64,000 nt of DNA. Origin: Basidiobolus meristosporus CBS 931.73 (Eukaryota; Fungi; Basidiobolomycota). Both the position numbers and the translations under genes were made by a program. The DNA is taken from positions 50,842 to 114,841 of the forward strand of contig MCFE01000248.1 of NCBI GenBank assembly GCA_002104905.1, written 5' to 3'. Numbering within the stretch: the first letter of the stretch is position 1; each line of letters starts with the position of its first letter. Positions 12,063 to 26,516 of this stretch are shown here, piece after piece. The notes under the pieces are model-generated. The model was not told the DNA's origin, did no database searches, and worked only from the letters and a program-made list of their open reading frames with translations.

Positions 12063-14207
12063 TTACACAGGGCTCTTCTGGAGGTGTTGGTAGAGTGCCG
12101 GGTTGCTGTGCCTGAGATGGCCCAGGAGGGAGCTCTTCGCCTCCGGCTTTTTCGCCTGGTGGAGACGATTTAACAAGGCCTGTAGGACCTTGATATTGGG
12201 CTGAATCCCGCACTGGTCCATTTCGTGGGTGATCACAGCGACCGCGTCGTTGTGTCTCCCTATGGAGCACAATAGGAAAATGTAGGTGTTGTAGAGGTCG
12301 ACGGTCACTCGACCCCTTAGCTGCCGCTTCAAAGAATCCCAATACCGACTCAAGGCGAGTTGGTCGCTCTGATCTCGCGTGGAATCGTAGTATGAATGTA
12401 ACATCACCGAGGCCGAAGGTGTGATATCCTCAGCAGGATCACTACTCGCCAGGATCAGCTCCCATAGCCTGGTGACTTCATCATGTTGACCTTGGCAGGC
12501 GTGACATTTCATGAGGGTGGTATACACATGATTGTTGGGGACCAATCCTGCGGACCGCATCTCCTCGTACATCTTGATCACCGTCTCGTTATCACCTTGC
12601 TTGAGATAGGCGTTCATAAGAATGTTGTAGGTCTGGCTCGTCGGCGGTACCTCCACCTTCATCTGTTCCAGAAGCTCCCGAGCCTTGTGGAAATTAAGAT
12701 CTCTACCGTAGCCATCGATGAGAGTATTGAAGAGGGTGACGTTGGGCGGGATGCCCCTCCGTCTCATCTCTTCGAACAAGCTGGTCGCCTTGTCCATGTC
12801 ACCATTTCTGCTGTAGGCGAGAATCAGCATCCCGTAGGTGTAGATATCGGGCTGAAGACCATCGAGCAGAAGCTCCGAATACTTGGCCATCACATAATCA
12901 AACCGGTTCATCCGAGTAAACGCTAGAATCAGAGCATTGAACGTGGTGATGTCTAGGGGCACCTTTAGGGCCTTCATCTCGTCGTAGATCTTCAAGATCT
13001 GCTTGATGTCCTTCGAGGTTTTCGCCAATATGTTGAACAGATAGTTGTAGGTGGCGGTGTTGGGCTGAAGCTTGCACCGGAGCATCTGTCGATAGATTTC
13101 CAACGCCATCACTGGGGACGGGTTGCGTAGGCAGGCGCTGAGAACGCCATTAACACTGCCCAGATGAGGGGTGATGTTGCCAACAAACATTTCGTGTAAG
13201 GATTCGTAGGCTTCATCAAGATGCGAGGCGCTTAGATGGGCTTTGATGTAGGCCTGGTAGGTACTCGAGTCAGGGGTCATCTTGCGAGCAATCATTTGAT
13301 CTTTGTACGCCCTAGCCTTCTCGAGCAAGCCCGCTCGGACACACCCGGTGATGATGGAATTGAACACAAAACCCTCCAGCATGAACTTCTTGGCCATCTC
13401 ATCAAACAGCTCGGTTGCAGCCTGAATCTCGGAACACTTGAGATACCCGTCGAGCAAAGAGCTGCTGGTGATGTGATTTGGGAGGATATCGTACTGGACC
13501 ATCTCCGAGTGGAGTTTCTTAAGGGTGTCCAAGTCTCGCTGGGCCTTGCAAAACTTGAACAGCATGTTGTAGGTGAATTGGTCCGGTCGGAGTCCGGTCT
13601 TTTTGATCGATTCGTACTGGTCAAGCGCCAAGGGCAGGTTGTCTTTTCCGGCCGCGGCGATCAGTTGGTTGTATATAAAGACGGAAGAGGATTCGTTCGC
13701 AGGCAGCATGGTTTTGGCGAACGCAAGGGCACCTTCGTAATCCCCAAGCTTCGCGTATGCGATCAGCGCCTCCCCCTTTTGGGCCTTTGTGTCCAGATTG
13801 AGGCCGGCTTGTCGGATTAGATGCAAGGCGTCAGCACACTGCTGCGGGTATTGTCGAACTTCTCGCTGGACAAGTCGAAAGAAGCGTATGATTTGGCTCG
13901 TGTGCGATATCCTGGAGAAGAGGGGGGAATCACGGAGCAGCTGATAGTACCGCACCGCCTTCTCTACGTCTTTCTCGTGGAGGGCCAGGAGGAACTTCTT
14001 GTACGTCGCCTCCTTTTCCGAGCCTTCATGGTTGGTGGGGGCTCGGGTCTCTTGGAAGCGGGGGAAGGCGGTTTGAAAAGAACGAGCGGCAAGCGCCCGG
14101 GGTATATTGTGCCTCCTTGGAAGAAAATCATGCGCTGGTCGCAGGAGAATGGCAAAGCTCTTGTGGGCAGCCTTGAGAGAGACTAGTGAAGTACAAGGTT
14201 TCAACAT
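12063..14207 (-). CDS. Pentatricopeptide-repeat (PPR) protein, probably mitochondrial, 714 aa, single exon
   Basis: Many 35-aa PPR units (e.g. PDQFTYNMLFKFC, PDIYTYGMLILAYSRNGDMDKATSLFEEMRRRGIPPN); basic, hydroxylated N-terminus resembling a presequence. Confidence 0.93.
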   Translation of the reverse strand: MLKPCTSLVSLKAAHKSFAILLRPAHDFLPRRHNIPRALAARSFQTAFPRFQETRAPTNHEGSEKEATYKKFLLALHEKDVEKAVRYYQLLRDSPLFSRISHTSQIIRFFRLVQREVRQYPQQCADALHLIRQAGLNLDTKAQKGEALIAYAKLGDYEGALAFAKTMLPANESSSVFIYNQLIAAAGKDNLPLALDQYESIKKTGLRPDQFTYNMLFKFCKAQRDLDTLKKLHSEMVQYDILPNHITSSSLLDGYLKCSEIQAATELFDEMAKKFMLEGFVFNSIITGCVRAGLLEKARAYKDQMIARKMTPDSSTYQAYIKAHLSASHLDEAYESLHEMFVGNITPHLGSVNGVLSACLRNPSPVMALEIYRQMLRCKLQPNTATYNYLFNILAKTSKDIKQILKIYDEMKALKVPLDITTFNALILAFTRMNRFDYVMAKYSELLLDGLQPDIYTYGMLILAYSRNGDMDKATSLFEEMRRRGIPPNVTLFNTLIDGYGRDLNFHKARELLEQMKVEVPPTSQTYNILMNAYLKQGDNETVIKMYEEMRSAGLVPNNHVYTTLMKCHACQGQHDEVTRLWELILASSDPAEDITPSASVMLHSYYDSTRDQSDQLALSRYWDSLKRQLRGRVTVDLYNTYIFLLCSIGRHNDAVAVITHEMDQCGIQPNIKVLQALLNRLHQAKKPEAKSSLLGHLRHSNPALYQHLQKSPV

Positions 14208-15450
14208 GATTTCGTTGCCTGCTCACCTGAAACCAGTTTCAAATGATCCATGGAGAATAATTTTTTGATCGCATCGTCAGCCTGGTGACCACCCAACGGC
14301 GCAGTAAATTGCTGTGGCAAAATGCGGATCTCGAATATAAAGGATCTCATCAAGCCCAATCCACCACCAGAAACATCATGGAAGGAAACATTCAGAAAGG
14401 CGGAGGATCCTTTGCGCAGAGGGGCCGAGCAAACGAGGAGGCATATTTCCATCAGAAGGTACGCTGAATGTCCACCACTCTCGCTGACACCACTCTCATA
14501 AGACCAATTGAAACCACAGGAAATGGAAAAGCTGGCTGCCCTAAGCAAGCAGCAGGAAAACCATGGTCCGCCCACCTCCTCTGGGGAGAAGGAGAAGACT
14601 CAACAAGACAGCCAGCCAAAGAAATAGCCGACTTTCGCGTCTGTCCAGCTCATCAAACTTTATCAATAAACATATATATTCGATGTTGAGGTCGTTGGCA
14701 GCCGAGCGAGTTGCCGTCGTGCCATCACCTCAGCATGACCATGATTCCATGTTATTCGCCAATTTTTTGATGGTATGGAGTGACGATCACATGTGGATTG
14801 CGTCTGATTGAAATATGTGCCGACATACTCAACACTCGGCTATGTCTGGTAATCCGTATAAACCCAATACCAATCCTTCCCCACTTGCGCCTGCGACGAT
14901 ACGGGAACAGCGTGATGATCTAGAGCAACAAGAGATACGCTCTTCAGCCTCAAGTGCCATCCACCAGTATTCAATCTTGTCGTTACATGCAGTGGCCAAT
15001 GCAGAGGTACTGTATTGGTATTAAAGTCAATACCGTTCTTGATAAGTTTGTAGCAAAACGCTAATTAATATACGCCCACCCTCAGTCACCAGCACGCACT
15101 CGCTTACGAATGATGAGGTAACCTACCTGTCACCTTGTTCAAAGTCTTTGTCTAACTACGATCCCACTCACAGATACATTTCTGGACTACCACAACCAAC
15201 CGAGGTGAAAAAATGAACTTAGCGAACCGCAGCCCTCTGAGTTCGCGAACACTACACTTCTAGAACTGTCAGTGAAGCCTCAAGAGTCATTCACCTCACT
15301 GCAACCAATGTAAGGGTTGACCTTTCCTTTACGTCCACGTCCCACCACCGTTCCCCGCTCCTTTTGGAGCCTTGCCAATAAATGAGACCTCCCGTTCACC
15401 CTGGATGCAACTCTATTACTTTTATTTACAAACAACAGAGTCGAGTTTAT

Positions 15451-16016
15451 TTACGTGCTCGTGGAAACTGCAGACTCGGGTTCGGTGCTGTTGGAGGACA
15501 TCTCAGTTGACTGGGTAGCCGAAATGGCACCGTCCAGAATGTACGTGTACTCGCCACTTGGGTTTGGGTTGGCTTCGTAGGCAACTATTACCTGGCATCT
15601 AGGGCACAGTAGACGGTATTGCTTTTCGTAACCATTGGGTCTGGACGGGGTTTTAAAAAAGCGGAAAGGTGAGCATCGCACAGAGATCAACGCTCGAAAA
15701 ACCTCCAACCCTACCTTTTAAGCATCACCGTCTCTCCGCGCTTAACATTCACTTTGTAGTGGCGTTGGCCACGGGGAAGTATGATGGCGTGGTCAGTCTT
15801 TCGTCGAGGCAAGGAGTCCAGCACACAATCTGACGTGACGCGAAGAAAAGCCGATTAGGTGTTAGCGAGGGGGACTGCAGAACATGTACTCAAGGAGAAC
15901 CCACCAATAATTAAGATATATTCGCCACAAAGACAGTAGTATACTTTAAGGGGCTGGTTATCTGCTTCGTTTGCATCGGTGGTGGCCACCGTGGAGTTGG
16001 ATACGATTTTGGGCAT
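15451..16016 (-). CDS. STEEP1: STEEP1/CXorf56 (UPF0428) family protein, 3 exons (16016-15905, 15829-15715, 15640-15451)
   Basis: Spliced MPKIVSNSTV...VYYCLCGEYILIID...LPRRKTD...RPNGYEKQYRLLCPRC...YILDGAI matches the family motifs; GT-AG introns. Confidence 0.88.
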
Positions 16017-16409
16017 TTGTTAGAGGTGTGGCCGTGGAATACGAGCCTCGCCAAAATATAAGCATACGAAATCCCATCCTAATCTACCAGAAATCCCTCC
16101 ATTTTTTCTTCACCCATGATTCGCCACATGGCACTTCCAGGATGACTCTAGATGATCAATCGGACAACATTGCTGTTTATTTTCTTTCCTTGCTGTGCTT
16201 ACCGGAAAATCCACATAATAAAGTTATGATTATTTGCATTGTATAAAATAAAAACCCAACACGACATCTGCTCTGCTCTCTGGGGAGGAGTATAGCGGAT
16301 GAACGTGCAAGTTGGAATACATAATAAAACAAGCGATCAACTAAGTTTCTGAAAAGTGGAAATATTCTAAAAGTAACATCGGATTCAACTGAGCGATCCG
16401 AAAGCCTCT

Positions 16410-18364
<1,955 letters not shown>

Positions 18365-19382
18365 CTTGATCTAAAATCTGCACTGCCTGTAAAACAAAAG
18401 ATGGGAGCTTGGACAAAAACAAAGACTAGAATATCTCAGCCAGAAACCAGCGGAAAGCGATCAATATTGTCAGGGAAAAAAAGAAAAAAACCCAAAACCA
18501 GTGATTGGATCAAAAAAATGCCCAATATTTACTCATCCAGCTAATTGATTGCTCACCCTCTGACAATTCCCCTCAGATACGAACAGAAACAAAGCGTTTA
18601 TTGAGGGAAATCGGTATACAACTCTACGATTGGGACGTACCACCATGATTTTCACTGTCTTGTGTTTGTTTTACGGATACGATGAAGTCAATATAAAAGT
18701 ATTAGCCAATGATGAGTAGCATTCATTTGACAAGTGATGAGTGTCGAGCGACTGAAGGCGGGAAAACGCGATCAGCCAGCACGACAGGCCACATCATTAC
18801 AGTAGTTTTGGTCCGAGATGGACCATTGGGTTAGCTTTGATCATTCGACATGGATATGGTAGCAAGTCCTACAGGCTGACTGAAGTTTGTATGTTGTTCC
18901 ACACCATACATCCCGTTGGAATCATAACTCAAGTATGTGGAGGCAAAGCTTCTTGGCAGCATGATGCCGGCGCTCTTGGGCATACACCCCCTCAAATGCC
19001 ACGCACTCCAATTGATCTGTGCATTTATTTGGCGCGGGCTAGCTTGACCGTGGGTTGATCGTGATATATCATCTCGATATCACTATACAAAGCCGCACTC
19101 GTTGGGATCATGAGTCGCCCAAGCGCTCAAGCCGAAGAATGCTCAGACAACACGCGCGTATCTACAATCAATTTTATTCGTCTGAATTGTCCAGAGATTA
19201 TGGGATAACGGTGATGGGGAGAACAGTTAAATATTAGTATACGCTTCACTCAGGATGAATCGTATAACAATATGAATGCTAATGAATGCAGTATTATGTA
19301 TTATTGAGTATGCGGTAAGCCAGGGCTAGCTAGAAGAGCCGGGACGGAGCGAAGCTGCAAACGATTCTTGGGTACTAGCGCT

Positions 19383-20641
19383 TTAGATGGCAGCCAAAGC
19401 AATGCCCCTGCGGCTGTCCCAGAGTTGGCGAATCTTTTCCAACGTGACGAAGGTGATGATCGTATGAGGTCCAAGGCGCATAAATGCCGGCAACCATCCT
19501 TTGAACAAGGCGCTAGGTCCTTCATTTCGCACGATGCTCGTAAGAACGGCAACAGCGTTCTAAGAATTGGGAAGTAAGTCTAAGGTGCAGAAATAAGGAA
19601 GACCGAGGAACCAACCTCCTGCTTAGCTGAATTCATAACTCTAGTTTTAACGACGTCAACAGGAGCACAAACAGTAGTAGCAACTAGGCCCTGGAATCGT
19701 TGCAAGGGTTAGCTGGGGGAAGCGAGGGAGATATATGCAAATGCGTAGTTACCGCTAGAAGGCTTGAAGCAAAGTGAATGTATATATTGTCCTGGAAATG
19801 AAGTTTGTGCACCAAAACTTGTTTGAATTGATCGTAGCTGGCTAATTGAGAGCTATTCATGAAAATGGCCCGAACGGTGTTGGGGCCGACACCACGGAAG
19901 AGCCCAAGGAATCCTTCGTCACGGGCGATTTTGTACAACCCATCGAAGCAGTGCTTGTAGTTTCTGCGCAACTCCACAGGAAGCTTCCCATCATTGGCCA
20001 TTCTGATCGTCAACACATCGCCTGGGTTTCCAACTATGCCACCAATGCATCCTAAGAGACGAATCTAGATTAGCTCGGTATATAAATGATCCAAGGTACG
20101 AATGAATGTCACCTGACACCATGGACGCTAGAAGCGATTTCCATACGGACATAGTACCTATACCGGTGAAAAGTCTGAGACCGTAGCCCAACATCCAAAG
20201 CGAACCAATTTAAAATACCGTCTTTGTTGGCGATCTTCGTCTTCAACATGTCATAAACTCCGAAGCGCGTAGTAGAATAGGTCTGTGAAACGATACTAGT
20301 TGAATACCTAAGCGCTAGGGAGATTGGCGGTCGGTATACTCACAGCTTGTCTGAAAAGACTTCCACTTAGACCGCTGTACAGTGCTAGTGGGCCTTCCTT
20401 CTTTACAGTGTTGACCATGGTCCTTAAAGCCCCTGCGTTCACTCGTCCCTCGTTTGTCTGGAGTCTGACCTTCACCACATCAAAAGGATGGGTACACACC
20501 GTGCTCCACATCGCGGCAGCACCTAAAAGAAAGAATACGAGGTTAACCCTCCGTCAAGGACAAGGCCAAGAGGCTGAGCAGTGAGCTACCTCCAATCCAG
20601 AAGGGATATTGTGAACCAGATGATTGTGTCTTGGTGGACAT
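19383..20641 (-). CDS. DIC1: Mitochondrial dicarboxylate carrier (SLC25), multi-exon
   Basis: YPFWIGG, THPFDVVKVRLQ, GPLALYSGLSGSLFRQ, RAIFMNSSQLASYDQFKQ, APVDVVKTRVM, LFKGWLPAFMRLGPHTIITF. Confidence 0.9.
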
Positions 20642-21662
20642 AGTGTGTTAACGAACGGTGAGTAAAGAGTGAGAACACCAGGTGGCGGAATAGTGAGTGG
20701 AATGGGGATGTAGAGCCGTCAAGCTCGTTATAAAGCGATCTGGGTTGGCAAATATAAGCTAATGTTTCAGTTTGACCAGCAAGGAAGCAGTTGGGAATTA
20801 TATTTGACATGGAAATATACATTTATGGTGAAGGATGGAGAGTTGTCTCACAAAGGTGGGAAAAAATCAACATGCGATGAAACCCGTCAAATATGTCCCA
20901 AAAGCGTCTACCAATCAATGGGTGGGACGCAACCCATACTATCACTTCAACTGAAAGACATGATTGGCACAGTGCTCGCTGGACAATACAACAACGATAT
21001 AACGTAACCAGGGAATCTGTTAGTTTAAACTGCACCTACCGGATACCTGGACAGTCAAAAGCATGGGAATGTCAAAATATGATCGTTTCCCATTATGACT
21101 ATAAATAGTAGCTGCAAATTTAGAACTGTCTTAAAGTCGTTAAGACAAAGTGATCGATTGGGAACACCCACCCAACAATCATATGCAATGCAATGTGACA
21201 TTTTATTAGAATTCTGATGGTTTGCAGCCATATATATAAACCACCTTGCTATTGAACATGCTTTCCACAACATTGCTCGACCCAGTTTATCTCATTTGTA
21301 CCTCGACTGTTCGTTCATTTTCCCACAACGGTGGGAAATCTGTCAAATAGCCTCTTGTGTCACTTAACTTTATTTACATTCCACAGACCCATTCACCGAT
21401 CATGCCTCGGTGCGAGGGAGGCTTTTCGGCTAATCTACACCGGAGTCAACCGTCAAAATATTTCGGCGTTGGCCTATTCTGGTCGTGCATTGTATAAACC
21501 GCACAGATAGATAGCCAGGCTTGGTTAGTGTGATTAGGACCACATGGAAGTGACGACCTTATTAGACGATACTTGGTAAAGATATTTATTCACTGAATAC
21601 GTTTATGATGAAGTACACTACTGGTTATTCTATGGATATAGAAAATAAGTCGAATTCTGTTA

Positions 21663-22370
21663 CTACCTGAGTAACTTCATCTTCATTCTTCTCAGAATTC
21701 CCACTAAGATGAGGCCAATTAGTGGAAACCACACCCACACGTATCCAGGCTGTTTCAGCATCCAGTTCGACTGAGTACCCAACAACGTAGTGACCCATAG
21801 CAGCACAATAGTGATATATCCTGAAGCGCGATGAAGCTTGTAGTACTTTGTATAGGAGGGTTCCTTCGTCGAGAATACATAAATCCACAGGCCAAAGATC
21901 AGCTGCAAGGCGATTATACAAATCACCAAGATTCCAAAAACCCCATGATACGTTTTGAAATGAATCTTTGAGAGTAGAGACTTGTTGATGCATATGATAA
22001 TCGTTCCTACTACACCGAGTATTCCCCCAACAAATATGAAATACAAGTGACACGTTACGCTGGTGTTCTTAGAGACACCCCTGATTCGTTGTAGGAAGAT
22101 GATGCCTGAGGAGTAGTATTAGCCAGTATCTTTGGATCGGTCCTGAAGCGACTTACCTTCAGTAAGAAGCAGCATGGAGAGTGTCATTAACAACGGATGC
22201 CAAGAAAATAGAGTCCATTCTGAACACACAACATTCTTGAGTATCCCAATTGCAAAGATGGCTAGCAACACTTGTGTAAACCCGAAATTAAAGCCGAGTT
22301 GAGACCGACGTTTGGTCTCTCCTGCAGACAGTAGTGAGGAATTTTCGGATACCACGGGAGCTTTGGACAT
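21663..22370 (-). CDS. Cytochrome b561 domain membrane protein, spliced
   Basis: FSWHPLLM, HFKTYHG, KLHRASGY heme-ligand His motifs between hydrophobic helices. Confidence 0.8.
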
Positions 22371-23832
22371 TGTGTATGAGCAAAGAAGAATAAGGATATG
22401 GCATCAAGATATATCTGCAAAACCTCAAGTTGGGACGAATCAGACTGCTTTCAAAAAAAAGGTCTTGCAGGTTGAAAGGCTCCCCACGAATCATCCCGTT
22501 TGGGATAGACCCCTCATTGCCTTGGAAGCTGCAACTCTCTTTAGGCTAACGTCTATTCAGAGGAGCCAATGTGTGTACGCTTAAGAAAGCCAACAAATTT
22601 GCGTGTATTTATTGATAAACAAGCACCAATTAGAGGAAATATCTTGGAGTTATCAGATTGAGACGTCCCTTCTTTCCTATAATAGATCTTCTACGCCCAG
22701 CACAAACGATCCTCTGGCTATCTTCATTTGCCAAATCCTGTACTACCCATCCATATTCGCGTATGGGTGGTTCCGCAAATGTTCGACATCACTCTGATCC
22801 ATAGCTGACCTTATTTAGGAATACGTGAATGCGGAACAGACTCGCCGTCTTCCCACGATGGTTGTCAAATAAACGAAGATTCATCGAGCTCACATCATAC
22901 GCGTAGCAGCTTCCGGTTAATATTATGCATGCCACCTACAAGTGCGATTGAATCTGCGATAAGCCATACACTAAATGCATTGAAGTTTGTCTTAAATCCA
23001 AAGAATGTGATGTTGGCTTTTATTCGCACTCATTATTAGTATGAAACCCTGACTGGGCAACTCGATATAGGCCATCTCGGAATGAAGTGTTGAAATAATG
23101 ATTCGATCAAGATCAAACATGTATTCGTGGAAATATATGCAGATTAGGGGCCGTGGCAAACATCCATCTATCTAAATATACATATACAGATGGAAAGCGC
23201 CATCTCACAAATATATTATATAGGCTCTCAGCGACACCTGATCATTCGGTGACACAGAGTTTCATACACGGAGATTCGATTCACTCTGACAAACATCGCC
23301 TTCATGGAGACTACGCAGCAGGTAAGTAGATAATCAGGAACCACTGGTTGCCTTAGTGGTGAGATATTATGGGATTCGTGAAGAGGGGTAATTCCGGGTG
23401 CTTTCCTTTGTGATGGCTACTGGTTCTGGTATACAACTTGGAAAATTGATTGTGTGCTAATCAATTTCCATTGAAGACATGGCGAGAAAACCAACATTGT
23501 GCTGAGTCGTATATTTAGGTAGACATTTGTCTATGGGAACCTGTGTAACTGTCTGAATCCCACTCCGCTATATCGGGGGTCATGAGTTGTCCGCACGGGA
23601 AATTATTGCCATTACGTTAGATTCTTGTGTGGCCCAGAGTCTGTTTAGCTTGATCACCACAATCAATCATGACCATTCTTAAGACTTAATGACCACTAGT
23701 TAGGTTTCAAGAGGGAGTCGCTGCGAGTGGCGCGAGAACTGATGGTTCACATGATCCACCGACCCATTTGCCACTGAGGAATATAAGAAGAGCAGCATTC
23801 GTTGCCATCCAGGAATTTCCAAGCACGAGATT

Positions 23833-24827
23833 ATGTTGCAGCATTGTGTAGTCCGCGATTTGCCCAAATCTTTCACCAAGTGTGTCACCTCAGTTGATTT
23901 ACAGCAGGATCCTATCGATTGGGAGCTGGCGACCGAACAGCACAACGCCTATGTAGAAACATTAAAGAAATTCGTCCCCCATGTGATAGCCGTCCCAGCT
24001 GATGAAAAGCATCCTGGTAAGATATCTAGACGTACGATTGTGGTGAGTGGTGCGGCACTAACGGTTTGCGATAGATTGCTGTTTCGTTGAAGACACCACC
24101 GTTTGCGTCAACGGGACCGCTGTAATTAATCACATGGGACATGATAGCCGTAGGAAAGAGGTTGACCCTATTGCTTCGGCTTTGGAGAAGGTTGGTTCAT
24201 GAGATGTGTGCCATGCTGGGAGATACGAAGCTTATGCCAAATTATTCTATTTAGATACCAACAATCAAAAAGATTGTCAGAATGGAAGCACCCGCCTGCG
24301 CTGATGGAGGTGACGTTCTAACGATTGGTAATTACATTTTCGCTGGACTTAGTCACCGAACAAACGAGCAAGGGGTGGCATTCTTGAAGGAGATTTTCGG
24401 CGAGACCCATAGCGTCTTTGGTGTCCCTATGGCCGACACCCTTCACCTGAAGTGTCTCGTTACTGCCATTAATCCCCAAACAATCATGGTGGCTGACAAC
24501 AAGAACGGCAGAGCCGTTTTTGAATTCATCCAACAGAAATCTAATGTGAGTGTGTGTTGCAGACTGGTTCTTGTAGCATTGCCAGTACTTATCCTTCCTG
24601 TTCTTTAGAATGCCTTTAAAGCCGTGTATGTTCCTGATGAAATCTCTGCTAATGTGTTGAGCTTTCCAGAACATGGCGCCATTATTATCCAACAGGGCTT
24701 CCCCGAAAGTGAAAAGATCATCACTGAAGCAGTAAAAGAGCTACAAATAACCGACGCATATACTCTAAACATGTCAGAATTCCGCAAGGCTGACGGTGCA
24801 CTCACCTGCTGCTCGATTCTTATATAA
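23833..24827 (+). CDS. DDAH: Dimethylarginine dimethylaminohydrolase (amidinotransferase superfamily), 4 exons
   Basis: EQHNAYVETL, DCCFVEDT, DGGDVL, LSHRTNEQG, LHLKC, SEFRKADGALTCCS with catalytic Asp, His and Cys motifs. Confidence 0.88.
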
Positions 24828-25151
24828 GCAGGTTTGTGTTGAGTCTATCCTTGGGCTCACAATATGGCGTCGCCCATACTTTACAAATAAACACGTACAA
24901 TACTTTTGAGGAACTAATTGTGTCTTATGTACTTTCCCGGTTTGTGGAATAGAAGACTGCTGGATTTGCCATCCGAGCAACCATACGAAAATGCTGAAGT
25001 AATGCGTATGGAGTACCACTTCAACGTTGCGGATCTTTATTTTCTTCACATGGTGCAGATCCTTATTTTCTCTTTACATTACATAGCCCTTATTTTCTCT
25101 TCATATTACGCATATTCCTTGCCATGAAAAACTATACCGGTAGCAACAGCG

Positions 25152-26516
25152 CTAAAATGAAAGCTTGATAGTATTTCCATCGCCAACAATCTCAAGTCTC
25201 TCAATCTCCTCAATGCTCCCATCGTAAGCTACAAAGCGCTTTCTCAGGGAATTTTCTTTGTCAGCAAAGGTGGCGAAATTCCTCTCCTCTTCAGTAGGAA
25301 CGCCCTGAATTATTTCTTTTACGAACTTTGCACAATGGTCGAGTGCTATTTGGGCGGAGGTGGTGAAGCTGAAGACGTGGAATACATGTGGCATCTCTCC
25401 GTAAATCTCTAGTGACACTGGAGTTGATTTAGATTTGCTGGTGTCCAGGGACTGTTTCCGATCCATTGATTGGTAATTTCCGCTTGCTTTTAGAGCAAAC
25501 AGAATTCCCTCATCACGGAGGAGCTCTCCATCTCCAACCTGAATTAGTAGCGGAGGTAGCCCGTGCAAATCGGCCTCAAAGAGTGGGCTAACAAGTGGGT
25601 GTTTTAGCAGAGAGTCCGGAGCGTAGAAATGCTTCCTTTTGGCCCACTTTTTATCGCTGATGGCTGGAGAAGAGCTATGCTTTACACTTGCTGTACTGGG
25701 TAAGTAATCGGTATCTTTGTTAAGGTGGAAACTATTTGTTGAGTGGGTTAAATCAAGCCATGGCGAAATTCCTACTGCGCAAGCTGGTGATTCCAAACCC
25801 AGCTTCCGAAGCCCTAATAGTGTGGCCATAGTCAGGCCGCCTCCAGCGCTATCCCCCATCACAGCAATGTTTTGAGAAGTGATTCTGATACCTTCTCGGG
25901 AACAGGCGTCTAGCATGTACAGATAAGCGGCTATAGAGTCATGAATTGAGAATGGGAAGGGGTCCTGAGGCGCTAATCTATAATTAAGCACCAGAGCCTC
26001 TCCTTCAGAGCGTCTAACCAGGTTGGACACCAAGTCTCTGTGTGAATTAACCGAACCTAGGTAGTATGCACCCCCATGAAGATACAGTATAATAATTGGT
26101 TTCGTAGATTTTCCGGATTTGGGGCCAGTATACGTGATCCATTCAGCCGTTAAAGGCGCCTCTTTCAACGAATGCTCAGGAGCAATGTCAGGATAAGCAG
26201 CCTCGAATGCCCTCGCAGCACGTTCACGATACTCCTGAGGAACGACTAGCGCTCGGTTGGCAATGTTTTTATAAGTTTTTGGCTTTGCCTGGCTAACAAG
26301 AGTCTGAGCATCCTCAACAGTCTCCTTCGCCCCACGCTGAATAAAGTTCTTGACGAGGTTGAAGATCAAATGCATCTTAAAACTCCAGTTGGGTTGAGGC
26401 TTCTTCATTTCAAGATAATGTACGTGGGCGGTGTAAAGAAAGGTTTTAACGACCGATAGAAAAACCACCGCATTTCCCTTGGTCTTGGTGAACATCGATT
26501 TCTTCTGCTGTGGCAT
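25152..26516 (-). CDS. Alpha/beta hydrolase, hormone-sensitive lipase (abhydrolase_3) family, single exon
   Basis: HGGAY oxyanion loop, YRLAPQDPFP, GDSAGG nucleophile elbow, ELLRDEG, EMPHVF; first ATG at 26516. Confidence 0.9.
   Translation of the reverse strand: MPQQKKSMFTKTKGNAVVFLSVVKTFLYTAHVHYLEMKKPQPNWSFKMHLIFNLVKNFIQRGAKETVEDAQTLVSQAKPKTYKNIANRALVVPQEYRERAARAFEAAYPDIAPEHSLKEAPLTAEWITYTGPKSGKSTKPIIILYLHGGAYYLGSVNSHRDLVSNLVRRSEGEALVLNYRLAPQDPFPFSIHDSIAAYLYMLDACSREGIRITSQNIAVMGDSAGGGLTMATLLGLRKLGLESPACAVGISPWLDLTHSTNSFHLNKDTDYLPSTASVKHSSSPAISDKKWAKRKHFYAPDSLLKHPLVSPLFEADLHGLPPLLIQVGDGELLRDEGILFALKASGNYQSMDRKQSLDTSKSKSTPVSLEIYGEMPHVFHVFSFTTSAQIALDHCAKFVKEIIQGVPTEEERNFATFADKENSLRKRFVAYDGSIEEIERLEIVGDGNTIKLSF

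Noticed and set aside
12483-14186. Long antisense and alternate-frame ORFs over the PPR gene (similar ones over PPZ and GCN2)
   Set aside because: Shadow ORFs from codon bias of the real CDS
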